DNA from: Mobula hypostoma
Taxonomy: Eukaryota
NCBI RefSeq assembly: GCF_963921235.1
Contig: NC_086108.1
Coordinates: 54,996,001 to 55,060,000 of the forward strand
DNA length: 64,000 bases
Direction: 5' to 3'
The notes under the pieces are model-generated. The model did no database searches. It saw only the letters and a program-made list of their open reading frames with translations, and had not been told where the DNA came from. Shown piece after piece: positions 1-12,269 of the stretch. Position 1 is the first letter of the stretch. Every line of letters begins with the position of its first letter. Made by a program: the position numbers and the translations under genes.

Positions 1-126
1 GTTATCTCATCATCTGATAGTTGTTCCAGAATATAAAATATTGAATATAGTTCCAAATACTGTATTTGACATAAAGCACAATAAGCAGTATTGCTACAAT
101 TTAGTAAAATTCACTAAAAACTCATT

Positions 127-585
127 CGAAGTTCAAAGTAAAATTTATCATCAGAGTACATACATGTCACCATATACAACCCTGATATTCTTTTTCCTGT
201 GGCATACTCAGCAAATCTATAGAATAGTAACTGTAAACTGGATCTATGAAATAGCAAGAGCATAGACAACAACAAACTGTTGAAGTGCAACTACTAATAA
301 AATAACAATAAATAACCAGAATATGAAATAACAAGGTAAAGAATCCTTAAAGTGAGATCATTGGTTGTGGGAACACGGCAACAGATGAGTGTAATTATCC
401 TCTTTTGTTCAAGAGCCTGATGGGTGAGGGGTAGTAACTGTTCTTGAACCTGGTGGTGCAAGTCCTGAGGACCTTCTACCTGATGGCAGCAGCAGGAAAT
501 GAGTATGGCCTGAGTGGAGATGCTGCTTTCCTACGACAGTGTTTCATGTAGATGTGCTCAGTGTTTGGGAGGGATTTACCCATTT
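127..585 (-). mobile_element. Rex1/Babar-type LINE 3' fragment
   Basis: Same 3'UTR and RT C-terminal sequence as copies at 9657-10145 and 47810-48140. Confidence 0.65.
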
Positions 586-2477
586 CACCAACAACCATGA
601 AAACACCTGAATGTATGACTGACTGGTTCCATCAGCACTGTTTTATCACTTTTATGTTGTGAACATGTTCCAGGGTTGTAATTATTTTAATACCAAATGA
701 AATGGTTTATTAGCTTCATTGTAGTAATTATGAACACTGTTTCCTCTAAACTCGGCAGTTGTGTAGCCGTGCAGTAACTGAAATAGCCTTTGTTGCCGTA
801 TAGCTGGAATTGTCTCTTATATAATGTTAATATAATTTTGAAATCTGTTATTTATTTGTGAACTACCTTATAATTAATTATGTGTTAGTGAATCCATAAA
901 TTTTCTAAATAATAAATGTACCACAACTTTTACTTTGAAATATTTTAGAGCTTCAACGTATTTCAAATTATCGCACTGTTACAAATTGTAACAATAAACA
1001 CAGAATGGAAGTCAGTAGCTCATTGTTAATTAACTCCCAACCAGCTGAATGCCATTGCTATAATATGCCCATTACAAAAAAAGCATTTAAGGTGCTGCAC
1101 ACTTTTCAGGCTGTGTAAAAAATTTCCTGTTCAGAGTAATGGTTGGTCTGTGTAGCCGCGAAAAAAAATTAGAAGGAATGTTGATTATGAATTACAATTC
1201 CCTATAAAAATCAGAAAGTTTGTTGGAAATTACAACTTATCCCAAACTAGTTGATCAGTTGATAGCTATAGATGGCACTATTGCAACGTTGTAATTGTTT
1301 CTTAGCTACTCAGTGTAACTTGATAATTTAATGCTGGCAATTTTTTAATTCATCTAGAATGATCTTAGGCAGCAAGAATGTAATTTACTAACATTGAATT
1401 TTGGAACATTTGCTGAAATTTGCTTAAATTCTTATTAATTGAAACAAATGAATGATAAAGTCATACAATAAAAGTAATTGAAAAATACTTGTTTAAAATT
1501 AAAGAAGATGTAAAATTGGGTAAATGTTACAAGATTTAATTATCAAAAAGTAATTTAAATATTTGGAGCTGTAATTTTAAGATTGGAATATGATGTAGTT
1601 GCACTTTTAAATGCATTCATTGTCCTTCTCTCTGAACCTTTGGTTGTGTCACAACAGCTGTTACATTTTAACCTGGTTTAACAACCACCACCCCATCCAT
1701 TCCATTACTTACACTATGTTTAAAGAAATATTTCTTAACATGAGCCATTAATTTCAGTATTGCTGGTATGTTCTATATGATTTTTTTCTTGTAGTATAAT
1801 ATTTTAATACATTTCTAAATTTAAGTTTCTGATGAGTCTCCTAAGGTTATTTTTATTTGTCTGTTGTTAAATTTGAAGTGCTGGTTAACACTGACATTTG
1901 CTTCAGGACTGAAGTTGATGTGTTGTGGTATGATGGTAATGGTGGTAATTATGGAACACAAAGTAATACAGTTTAATCCATAGTATCTGCTTCGCTACAG
2001 AATGCCCTCTGGGCAAGGGCTTATTATACAGTGAAATATCTCACAATCCTATTTAAATTCCAGAATTTTATTCAGAATCTCCCTCCAGATTTGAATAACA
2101 GTACATTATTTCTAGTCTGTAAAACTGTTCATATAAATACTGGTTGTTTCAATGCCAATAAAAATCAATACTAGAAATGCACATGCATATCATACAAAAA
2201 AAAAGTTCTTCCCACCAGTCTGCATTTTAACATTTTCAGACACACAGCATTTTGTTTTCGGAAGTGACACTTATAGATGTGAATGAAATGCTCAGGTTGA
2301 CATTTATTATTACTGCTTAATTGTCCCAAGAGGCTCCTTGCAGAACATCTTCAATTGCTGTAGTCCATGAGAAATTCTATCAGGTGAGATAGGAGTTTTA
2401 ATTACTGTAGAGGGGCTGCATTGCCTGAAGGTCATATGCAAAATTAGTAATATGAAAAATAGTGGTTGTCAAGGTGT

Positions 2478-4055
2478 TGGCAGATGAACTAAGTGAGTAT
2501 TTTGCATTAGTCTTCACTGTGGAAGACACTAGCAGTGTTTCAGAAGAGCGGGAAGAGAAGTGGATGCAGTTACTATTACAAGGGAGAAGGTGCTCAAAAA
2601 GCTGAAAGACCTAAGGGTACATTAGTCACCTGGACCAGATGAACTGCTCCCTAGGGTTCTGAAAGAGCTAGTGTTAGAGATTATGAAGGTATTAATAAAG
2701 ATCTTGCGAAAATCACTGGACTCTGGCATGGCGCCAGAGGACTGGGAAATTACAACTGTCAATTGTTAAGGATGAGGTTATAGAGTACTTGGTGACACAG
2801 GACAAGATAGGACAAAGTCAGCATGGTTTCCTTCAGGGAAAGTCTTGCCAGATGAATCTGTTGGAATTCTTTGAGGAGATTACACATAGGATAGATAAAG
2901 GGGATGCAGTGGATTTTGTATATTTGGACTTTTAGAAGGCCTTTGACAAGGTGCCATGCTTGAAGCTGCTTTCCAAGTTAAGAGCCCATGGCATTACAGG
3001 AAAGTTACTAGCATGGTTAGAGCATTGGCTGATTGGTAGGAGGCAGTGAGTGGAAATTAAAAGATCCTTTTCTGGTTGGCTGCCAGTGGCTAGTGGTGTT
3101 CCGCAGGGGTCGGTGTTGGGAGCACTTTTTTAATGCTGTATATCAATGATTTAGATGATGGAATAGATAGCTTTGTTGCCAAGTTTGCAGATGATACAAA
3201 GATTGGTGGAGGGGCAGGTAGTGTTGAGGAAACAGGTAGGCTACAAAAGGACTTAGACAGATTAGGAGAATGGGCAAAAATGTGGCAAATAAAATACGAT
3301 ATTGGAAAATGCATGGTTATGCACTTTGGTCATAGAAATAAATGTGCAGACTATTTTCTAAATGGGGAGAAAATCCAAAAATCTGAGATGCAAGGGAATT
3401 GAGAGCCCTTGTGCCGAGCACCCTAAAGGTTAACTAGCAGGTAGACTTGATGGTGAGAAAGGCAAATGTAATGTTAGCATTCATATCTAGAGTTCTAGAA
3501 TACAAGAGTAAGGATGTGATGCTGAGGCTTTATAAAGCACTAGTGAGGTGTCACCTTGAGTATTGTGAACAGTTTTGGGCTCCTCATCTAAGAAAAGATA
3601 TACTGGCATTGGAGAGGGTCCAGAGGAGGTTCACAAGGATGATGCTGGGAATTAAAACGTTATATGAAGAATGTTTGTTCGCTCTGGGTCTGTAATCGCT
3701 GGTATTTAGAAGAATGAGGGGGGGATTTCATTTAAACCTTTTGAATGTTGAAAGGCATAGACAATGTAAATGTGGAAAGGATGTTTCCCATGGTGGGGGA
3801 GTCTAGGACAAGAGGGCACAGCCTCAGGATAGAGGGGTGTCCATTTAAAACAGAAATGCAGAGAAATTTCTTTAGCCAGAGGTTGGTGAAATTGTGGAAT
3901 TTGTTACCACAGGCAGCTGTGGAGGCAGGTTGTTGGGTGTATTTAAGGCAGAGCTTGATAGGTTTTCAATTGGACATGACATCAAAGGTTATGGGAAGGA
4001 GGCCAGGGAGTGAAGCTGATGAGGGGAAAGAAAAGATCAGCCATGATTGAATGGT
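2478..4055 (+). mobile_element. CR1-clade LINE, decayed RT region and 3' end
   Basis: SGVPQGSVLG, YINDLD, KFADDTK and HLEYC.QFWAP motifs in broken ORFs. Confidence 0.9.
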
Positions 4056-4280
4056 GCATCAATCATTGAAAGCCACATGGCGAACTGCAACCTCAGTTCA
4101 GAGGCAACAAAAAGGAAGCAAGGTGTTGGCATTGTCAATGACGTTTATCATGAATGAATGATGTCAATAGAAATTGATCTTTCATAATATATAATTGGTC
4201 TAACTTCTGTCTCAGACTAGTATTTAACAAGATAACAGGCAGTGGTGGGATGCAAGGCAGCAAAACCCATCCATCCCTGA

Positions 4281-6160
4281 CAACACACATCAAAGTTGCT
4301 GGTGAACGCAGCAGGCCAGGCAGCATCTCTAGGAAGAGGTACAGTCGACATTTCAGGCCGAGACCCTTCGTCAGGACTAACTGAAGGAAGAGTTAGTAAG
4401 AGATTTGAAAGGGGGAGGGGGAGATCCAAAATGATAGGAGAAGACAGGAGGGGGAGGGATGGAGTCAAGAGCTGGACAGGTGATTGGCAAAGGGGATATG
4501 AGAGGATCATGGGACAGGAGGCCTGGGGAGAAAGACAAGGAGGGGGAAACCCAGAGGATGGGCAAGGGGTATAGTCAGAGGGACAGAGGGAGAAAAAGGA
4601 GAGTGAGAGAAAGAATGTGTGTATAAAAATAAATAACGGATGGGGTACGAGGGGGAGGTGGGGCATTAGCAGAAGTTAGAGAAGTCGATGTTCATGCCAT
4701 CAGGTTGGAGGCTACCCAGACGGAATATAAGGTGTTGTTCCTCCAACCTGAGTGTGGCTTCATCTTTACAGTAGAGGAGGCCATGGATAGACATGTCAGA
4801 ATGGGAATGGGATGTGGAATTAAAATGTGTGGCCACTGGGAGATCCTGCTTTCTGGCAGACAGAGCGTAGGTGTTCAGCAAAGCGGTCTCCCAGTCTGCG
4901 CCGGGTCTCGCCAATATATAGAAGGCCACATCGGGAGCACCAGACGCAGTATATCACCCCAGCCGACTCACAGGTGAAGTGTCACCTCACCTGGAAGGAC
5001 TGTCTGGGCCCTGAATGGTGGTAAGGGAGGAAGTGTAAGGGCATGTGTAGCACTTGTTCCGCTTACAAGGATAAGTGCCAGGAAGGAGATCAGTGGGGAG
5101 GTATGAGGGGGAGCGAATGGACAAGGGAGTCGCATAGGGAGCGATACCTGCGGAAAGCGGGGGGGGGCGGGGGGATGGAAAGATGTGCTTAGTGGTTGGA
5201 TCCCGTTGGAGGTGGCGGAAGTTACGGAGAATAATATATTGGACCCGGAGGCTGGTGGGGTGGTAGGTGAGGACCAGAGGAACCCTGTTCCTAGTGGGGT
5301 GGCAGGAGGATGGAGTGAGAGCAGATGTGCGTGAAATAGGGGAAATGCGTTTAAGAGCAGAGTTGATGGTGGAGGAAGGGATGCCCCTTTCTTTAAAAAA
5401 GGAGGACATCTCTCTCGTCCTGGAATGAAAAGCCTCATCCTGAGAGCAGATGCGGCGGAGACGGAGGAATTGCGAGAAGGGGATGGCATTTTTGCAAGAG
5501 ACAGGGTGAGAAGAGGAATAGTCCAGATAGCTGTGAGAGTCAGTAGGCTTATAGTAGACATCAGTGGATAAGCTGTCTCCAGAGATAGAGACAGAAAGAT
5601 CTAGAAAGGGGAGGGAGGTGTCGGAAATGGACCAGGTAAATTTGAGGGCAGGGTGAAAGTTGGAGGCAAAGTTAATAAAGTCAACGAGCTCAGCATGCGT
5701 GCAGGAAGCAGCACCAATGCAGTCGTCGATGTAGCAAAGGAAAAGTGGGGGACAGATACCAGAATAGGTACGGAGCATAGATTGTTCCACAAAGCCAACA
5801 AAAAGGCAGGCATAGCTGGGACCCATATGGGTGCCCCTAGCTACACCTTTAGTTTGGAGGAAGTGGGAGGAGCCAAAGGAGAAATTATTAAGAGTAAGGA
5901 CTAATTCCGCTAGACGGAGCAGAGTGGTGGTAGAGGGGAACTGATTAGGTCTGGAATCCAAAAAGAAGCGGAGAGCTTTGAGACCTTCCTGATGGGGGAT
6001 GGAAGTATATAGGGACTGGACATCCATGGTGAAAATAAAGCGGTGGGGGACAAGGAACTTAAAATCATCGAAAAGTTTAAGAGCGTGAGAAGTGTCATGA
6101 ACATAGGTAGGAAGAGATTGAACAAGGGGGGATAAAACCGTGTCGAGGTATGCAGAAACG
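4281..6160 (-). mobile_element. Penelope-like element (RT plus GIY-YIG endonuclease, pseudo-LTR end)
   Basis: ORF 4987-6222 has MDVQSLYTSI, G..MGPSYACLFVG and YIDD. Downstream frame-shifted YIGETRRRLGDRFAEH (GIY-YIG) and LEEQHLIFRLGSLQPDGMN. Confidence 0.92.
4343..4378 (-). ncRNA. Minimal type-I hammerhead ribozyme motif in the Penelope pseudo-LTR
   Basis: Minus strand reads AGTC-CTGACGA-AGGGTCTCGGCCT-GAAA-T-GTC-GACT: stem I AGTC/GACT, CUGANGA core, stem II, GAAA, GUC cleavage triplet. Confidence 0.65.
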
Positions 6161-7264
6161 TGATTTCCACCCAGAACAGAAATTCCATCGACATTTCCTC
6201 CCAGCTTCCTTGTTTCATGCAACTTTATCTTCAGTGAGTCCTCTGAAGTTTTGCAAGAAGTTTAGGAATAGAGCTTTGGGAATGCCTGAAACTTATTTTT
6301 TTGCTCGAGAGAATAAAGAGGCCGCAGGCAACATCCCTACATGTATACATGCCTGCAGGTTTACTTGGTGCAATGTAGTGTGGCCAGTTTACTTACTAGC
6401 CAATTCGTCTCTGGGGAATTGGAGGAAATTCGAGTATCCTGGGGAATGGGGAAAAGGGGTAAATTCCTAACAACAGCACCAGAAGTCAGTATTGAACTGT
6501 ATGGCCCCAGCGTTTAACATTCAGTTATGGTTTGTATTATTTTAAATATGATGTGTTGGTCGTGGAACATCCAAATCTGCATTAATGGAATGGTAGCACC
6601 ATGCAGCAGCTTTTAAAAATAGTTCCTATTGTCCCATGATACCTGTGAGTTTTAGGTTCTTTCATGTTCAATGACCTGATTATAAGGAGGTCATCCTCGT
6701 CCCCTTGATCTGTTTATTTGCTTTCTCTGTCAAGGGTACCGTATTGGCGTCAGGTGTTAACATTACTGCACACAAACAGATTCCTAGTGAAATGTGTTTG
6801 AGATTGTACTTAAAAGAAGGAAGATTATATTAAGCCACTGTATAAGAGAACCTTTTCCAGTCAAACAAAATCTTCATAGCATTTACACATGCAAGGCTCT
6901 GCCACAATGATGGGTCTTGCTCTTTAGCCCCAGGAAGCAATTTGACTACGGTGGATCCGCAAAACATAAATTCACACTTGCTGTGTACATCAGAGTTAAT
7001 CGCTCAGCACTGACGGCAGGTTCTGGCATATTGGGCCTATACTTGCTTTGTCTGTTGTCTCCCCTTTGAATATAAGCAGTATGTAATCTGTTTACAAGCT
7101 TATGATTCTTCCTCACTGTTCTATTTCTATCTCACTTTAGTTGTCTTACAACTTGATAGCCCATTCTTTGCTTTAGTGAGCTCTCCACTGTTAACTATGT
7201 AAACTGATTTGATGATAGATGAATTGTAAATGGCACTAAGTGAAAACTATGTCTAACATTAAGC

Positions 7265-7672
7265 AGGAACTACAGGCTGGTAAGCCTAACTTCAGTGGTG
7301 GGAAAGTTATTGGAGGTGATTCTGAGGGACAGGATCTACCAGGATCTGGAAAGGCAAGGGCTGACTGGAAATGGTCAGCATGGCTTTGTGTGTGAGAAAT
7401 TGAATCTTACCAATGTTACAGTTTTTTAAAAGTTGATCAAGAGGATTGAAGAGAGCAGGGTAGTAGACTTGTATACATGAACTTCAGTAAGGCCTTTGAT
7501 AAGATCTTGGGCGGGCTGGTTTGGAAGGTTAGATCACATAGAATCCAGGATAAGCTGGAAAATTGGCTTGGTAGTAGGTGTCAGAGGATAGTAATGGAGT
7601 TGTTTTTCCAGACTGGAGACCTTTGACTAGTGGTGTACCACAGAGGTCAGTGCTGAATTCACTGTTGTTTGT
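7265..7672 (+). mobile_element. CR1-clade LINE RT fragment
   Basis: Decayed SLTSVVGK..QHGF..DFSKAFDK..TSGVPQ motifs. Confidence 0.75.
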
Positions 7673-8159
7673 CATGCCTCTCCTCCTCTGTCTCTTCTTC
7701 TCTCATCTTCTTTTGTCCTGACTCTTTGATCCCGGAGTCATGCGGCCCTGGCCTCATCCGCTTCTTGTTCCCTCCCTACTCTTGCCGCTTCCTGATGACT
7801 TTTAGCGTCATCTGTTGACCATAATGTCCCCCTTCCTTTCCACACAGCATAATTAGGCTAACCATTTTTTTACCCTAATGCTGGATAGAAGATACGAAAC
7901 AGTAACACCAAAGGATGCTGCTTATTCTTGATGATGTGGTTGGTGCTCTCCTAAATGGATGTGATATAGTCACTGCTGTCTTTTGACTGCAGCAGAGGGT
8001 TTTATGGGTGTCTGGAAGTATGTCATTACAATAAGATTTAATTATCTCTTATTGATGGGTGGCAGTTAGATCTGTCCCAATCCTGCACATGCTGATGATG
8101 GTGTTAGCAGAATGTGACCCCTCGAAATAGAGCTGCCCTGCCCTTTTGCTCCAGTAGGT

Positions 8160-8320
8160 GTCGCTGCTGAGGCTGGCCGTGCGCATGCGTCGGGCTGTCG
8201 TGCCCCGACTTCCATGTTAGCCGATCGGGTCTCGGGTTAAAAGGGAGCCTGTTTATTTTGGCGAATGAGCAATTTTATACAAATATATAACCCTGAACTT
8301 TGCCTGCATTCTGTAAGTTA
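8160..8320 (+). promoter_or_regulatory. CpG-rich promoter-like patch with NRF1-like motif and a downstream splice donor
   Basis: TGCGCATGCGT at 8180-8190, ACTTCCATGTT near 8208, local CpG cluster, CT|GTAAGT at 8313. Confidence 0.35.
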
Positions 8321-9095
8321 GCGCATTTTAATTCGATTTAGCCAAAAAAAGTACCACTGTAATGCACCGTTTGTGCTAATTGGAGGCCACAAACAGACAG
8401 ACAGAGCATGAGAGTTTTGGTAGTATATAGATACACTTTAATTTCAGCTTGTTGATAAACTATTTAAGTGAAATCCATGTTGAAACAATGTTCCTGTTTC
8501 TTGGAAGTTTATCTTTGAAAACTAGAATTAAATGATTGAGATTTATGTTTTTATCCAGAGGTTGGGGAAAATATTACAGAACTAGTGAGGAGAGTAAAAA
8601 TTTTACCATTGGTGAATTGTGTATTGTCATTGCAGTATGTGAATTGGGCTTTACTTGTTCATCAGCAAACATGAGGAGTTAAAACAAACCCAGAAATCCT
8701 AAAACACTCAGTGTCTGAGCTATTAACTGCAGTTCAGGTTACTGACTAGCACGTGCTCATTTTCAAATTAGATTGGTTAAAATGATTATATTGCTCAGAT
8801 GATTTTGATTGCTACAGCATGACCCATTAATGCATTAATGAGGAGCAGGAAAACAAAGTATTTTTTCCATTACTCTTTTAGTCAAAAGGGTCCAGGATCA
8901 ATTGGATGTCCAGAGCTACCTTTATTCAGCCCGTCATAGGTGCAATATTCCTGCACGATGTTTGATTTCACATCACAGGATACATTTCTACACTGAACCA
9001 TTAGAGCAGGAACTATTTAACTTTATTTTTTCATGAACTTTTTCTATTTCTTGGGTTTCATTGGATTTTTTTTGTTAATCATTTATCCTTGTCAG

Positions 9096-9219
9096 GTATA
9101 AGAATCGACATCAAGTGTTGGGCAACCGAAGACCTAACATTGTTCGTCTGTACATTGGACCCAGAAGGTTGGAAAATGAGCAAGTTTGCAAAGTACAGAA
9201 TGAAGCATCAAAATCAGCT
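9096..9219 (+). CDS. LEPR: Leptin receptor exon (human exon 5 equivalent), CRH1: (G)IRIDIKCWATEDLTLFVCTLDPEGWKMSKFAKYRMKHQNQ(L)
   Basis: Acceptor ttgtcAG, donor GTAAGT, 124 nt. Resembles human NIQCWLKGDLKLFICYV; phase fits the next exon. Confidence 0.85.
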
Positions 9220-9656
9220 GTAAGTTAACAAACTAAATAATCTTTTTTGGTAACATAATCTAGCCAAAGGAAATTCCCTGAAGTCCAGAAAATAGACCAA
9301 GGTTGATTTTGTTTCCGGCAGTGCTGTGGGATACTTGGAGGCCATTCTCAAAGTAATGCGATATGGATCAATGCCTGAAATTCCATTCATGGTGACCTCA
9401 GTTACATTTGTGTAAAAGTAGAAGTTGCTGCCTTCCAATGACATTATGTTCTGTTATTGGAGAACAACATTGACTGCTAACTTTGGCATGATTCCACAGC
9501 AAACTGGTCCATGAATAAAAAGGATGAATCAAATCTACTAAGAATCAGATGAAACTGAAATGGGGCCTTTCTCAATTGGCTGCTTGTAAGGATTAGAGAA
9601 TATTTATTTTGGCAACTTCTTAGTTGTCTGGCAAATAACTTTGGCTGCTTCATCAA

Positions 9657-10145
9657 AGTTCGAAGAGTTCAAAGTAAATTTTATTGTCAGAGTACATGTA
9701 TGTCACCACATCAAACTCTGAGATTCGTTTTTCTATGGCCATACTCAGCAAATCTATAGAATAGTAACTATGACAGGATCAATGAAAGATCAAGTAGCGT
9801 GCAGAAGACAATAAATTATGCAAGAAAATAAATACCCATAAATAACGAGAACATGAAATAACAAGATAAAGAGTCCTTAAAGTGAAATCATTGGTTGTGG
9901 TAACATTTCAGTGCATGGGCGAGTGAGTGTAATTATTCCATTTTGTTAAAGAGCCTAATGGTTGAGGGGTAGTAACTGTTCTTGAACTTGGTATTGCAAG
10001 TCCTGCGGCTCGTGTACCTTCTACCTGATGGCATCAGCGAGAAAAGAGCATGGCTTGGGTGGTGAGGACCTCTGACGATAGATGCTGCTTTCCTACGACA
10101 TTGTTTCATGTATATGTGCTCAATGGTTGGGAGGGCTTTATCCAA
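9657..10145 (-). mobile_element. Rex1/Babar-type LINE 3' fragment
   Basis: ORF 9933-10145: CRRKAASI...HPSHALFSL.PSGRRY...FKNSYYPSTIRL. Confidence 0.8.
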
Positions 10146-11408
10146 GATGGCTTTCCATCCAGCATAGTATCAGAGGTGGGGATGTATGGGGATGACTATA
10201 CCATGCTCAATTGCACATAAAATTCCTCAGTGAATGAGGCAGCCATGCCAACATGCAGCAATACAACATTCAGGCCTGGTAACAACACTTGTGGCATGAA
10301 AGTACCAGGCAGACACTCTCCAACAAGAAAGGATCTAACCACCTACACGTGAAATCCAATGGCATTACCATTGTTGAGTTCTTCATCAGCAGTGCTGTAT
10401 TTCTGTGGTCATCATTAACCAGAACCAGAAAACTAGCTGAACCAGCCGGATTCATACCGTGCTACAATAAGTCAGAGGAAGAGATCATGAGGCAAATGAC
10501 TTGCCTCCTAACAACTCAAAGACATTCCACCACATACAAGGCACAGTTCATGAATATGATGGAATATTCTCTGCTTTCCTGGGTGAATATAAGTCCAACA
10601 ACTCTCAACTAGCTTGACACCATCCAGGACCCATTCAGCACCCCAAATATTCATTCCTCTACCAACATTGCACAGTGGTTAAAGTGTGAACTAACTACAA
10701 CATCCACAACAGTTAACTGCCGAGCTATAACGGCAACCTTTCAAGTAGGACAAGTGTAGTTAGCTTAGGAGTCCCCTGCGGCTTGCATGTTAACTTGATT
10801 TGAAAATTGATTTGGTTTAAATTGTGGAACTCCAGATCCTGAAAATGAATTAACAAATATAAACCTGCTGTCCCCTTTGTAATATTTTGACATGATGAAG
10901 ATGATGCATGGGGTTAATGTCAGCCAGGTTTCCTGCTGCTTGGAAATGTGACTGATGATCCAGTGGCCTAGATGCTTCTGCCCCTGACCACAATCTGTAT
11001 TGGAGCTGGTTCTTGGTGGTGAGTGGTCCTCAAGGAGGTGCACTTCCAGTCTGTAGAAGAAATACTGAAAACTCCTCAAGTAGACTTAAATGCTAAGAAA
11101 TAAAGTTCAATCAAAAACATTAAATTACAAAGAGTAATTAAAAATAAACTGCATTCCCTATTGTAAAACTGTGAAGTGGATGCCAAGTGCATCTGTTCTG
11201 TCTGTTCAGTTAGTCTAGTTTCACTATTTCTCTTCCAGAGCACACTGAGCAATTGATCTTTATGATCTACGTTCCACTGCCAGTGGTGGAGTTTAAACTC
11301 TATTGCACTAGCATCTGACTTGCAACTTTCAAAGTGTTTGCAAACAAGTCTGATAGTATCAAAAATTGGATGGTTGCTCATCAGTTGTTCACCAGAGAAC
11401 CTTCAGCT

Positions 11409-11715
11409 GTGTTGGCGTGTGGCTAAGTGGTTAAGGCATCGGTCTAGTGATCTAAAGGTCGCTAGTTCGAGCTTCAGCTGAGGCAGCATGTTGTGTCCTT
11501 GAGCAAGGCACTTAACCACAGATTACTCTGCGACGACACTGGTGCCAAGCTGTATTGGCCCTAGTGCCCTTCCCTTGGACAACATCGGTGGTGTGGAGAG
11601 GAGAGACTTGCAGCATGGGCAACTGCCGGTCTTCCATACAACCTTGCCCAGGCCTGCGCCCTGGAAACCTTCCAAGGCGCAAATCCATGGTCTCACGAGA
11701 CTAACGGATGCCTAT
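11409..11715 (+). mobile_element. tRNA-derived SINE
   Basis: A box TGGCTAAGTGG, B box GTTCGAG, body GTGTCCTTGAGCAAGGCACTTAACC shared with the copy at 45090. Confidence 0.8.
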
Positions 11716-12269
11716 AGGTTAAAAACAATTCAATCCACTTTTTAAAAATCACCAAGGATTATGTTGTTTGTTTGTTAAGGAGAGGATAGATTAGAATCAG
11801 TTGTCTGTTTTATTTTAAGGAAGAAGTTGCCATCTTTCCAGTTACAATCTAACAAGACATTTCAGGAAAAGAATGTTGATAAATTTAAATGACTTTAAAA
11901 GTCTTATTGTGATTTTGGATTGTGCTTCTTTGAAAAATTTAGAATGGATTAAACTGAATTAGAAGGCATATGCTATAATGAGATGTTGAACAAATTAAGA
12001 TTTTCTTTGGAGTGATGAAAGCTGAGGGAAGACTTGAAGTTTACAAAATGATGTGAAGTATAAGTAGACAGCTGGTATTTGTTTCCCAGATTTGATCTCT
12101 CTAATACAAGAGGGCATGCATTTATCATCAGATGGAAAAGTTGAAAAGAGATCTTTGGTGCAAGTATTTCTTTTGCAGAGTGGTGGAAGCAGATACGATG
12201 TGGGCTCTTGAGACATTTAAATAGGCATTTGAGTATGCAGAGAATGGAGGGAAATCGACCATGTCTGGT

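Noticed and set aside
1260..2170. Possible 3'UTR of an upstream gene such as LEPROT (AATAAA at 2157)
   Set aside because: No LEPROT coding sequence is seen; AT-richness alone is insufficient.
6735..7010. Candidate LEPR N-terminal exon(s) after tcaAG or ttccAG
   Set aside because: Frames hit stops, there is no good donor in the needed phase, and no LEPR similarity.
10888..10960. C/D box snoRNA-like ATGATGA...CTGA
   Set aside because: No convincing terminal stem or recognisable rRNA guide; the motifs are short and frequent.
11409..11485. tRNA gene
   Set aside because: The tRNA-like head continues into a SINE body and has no clean cloverleaf; same for the 45090 copy.
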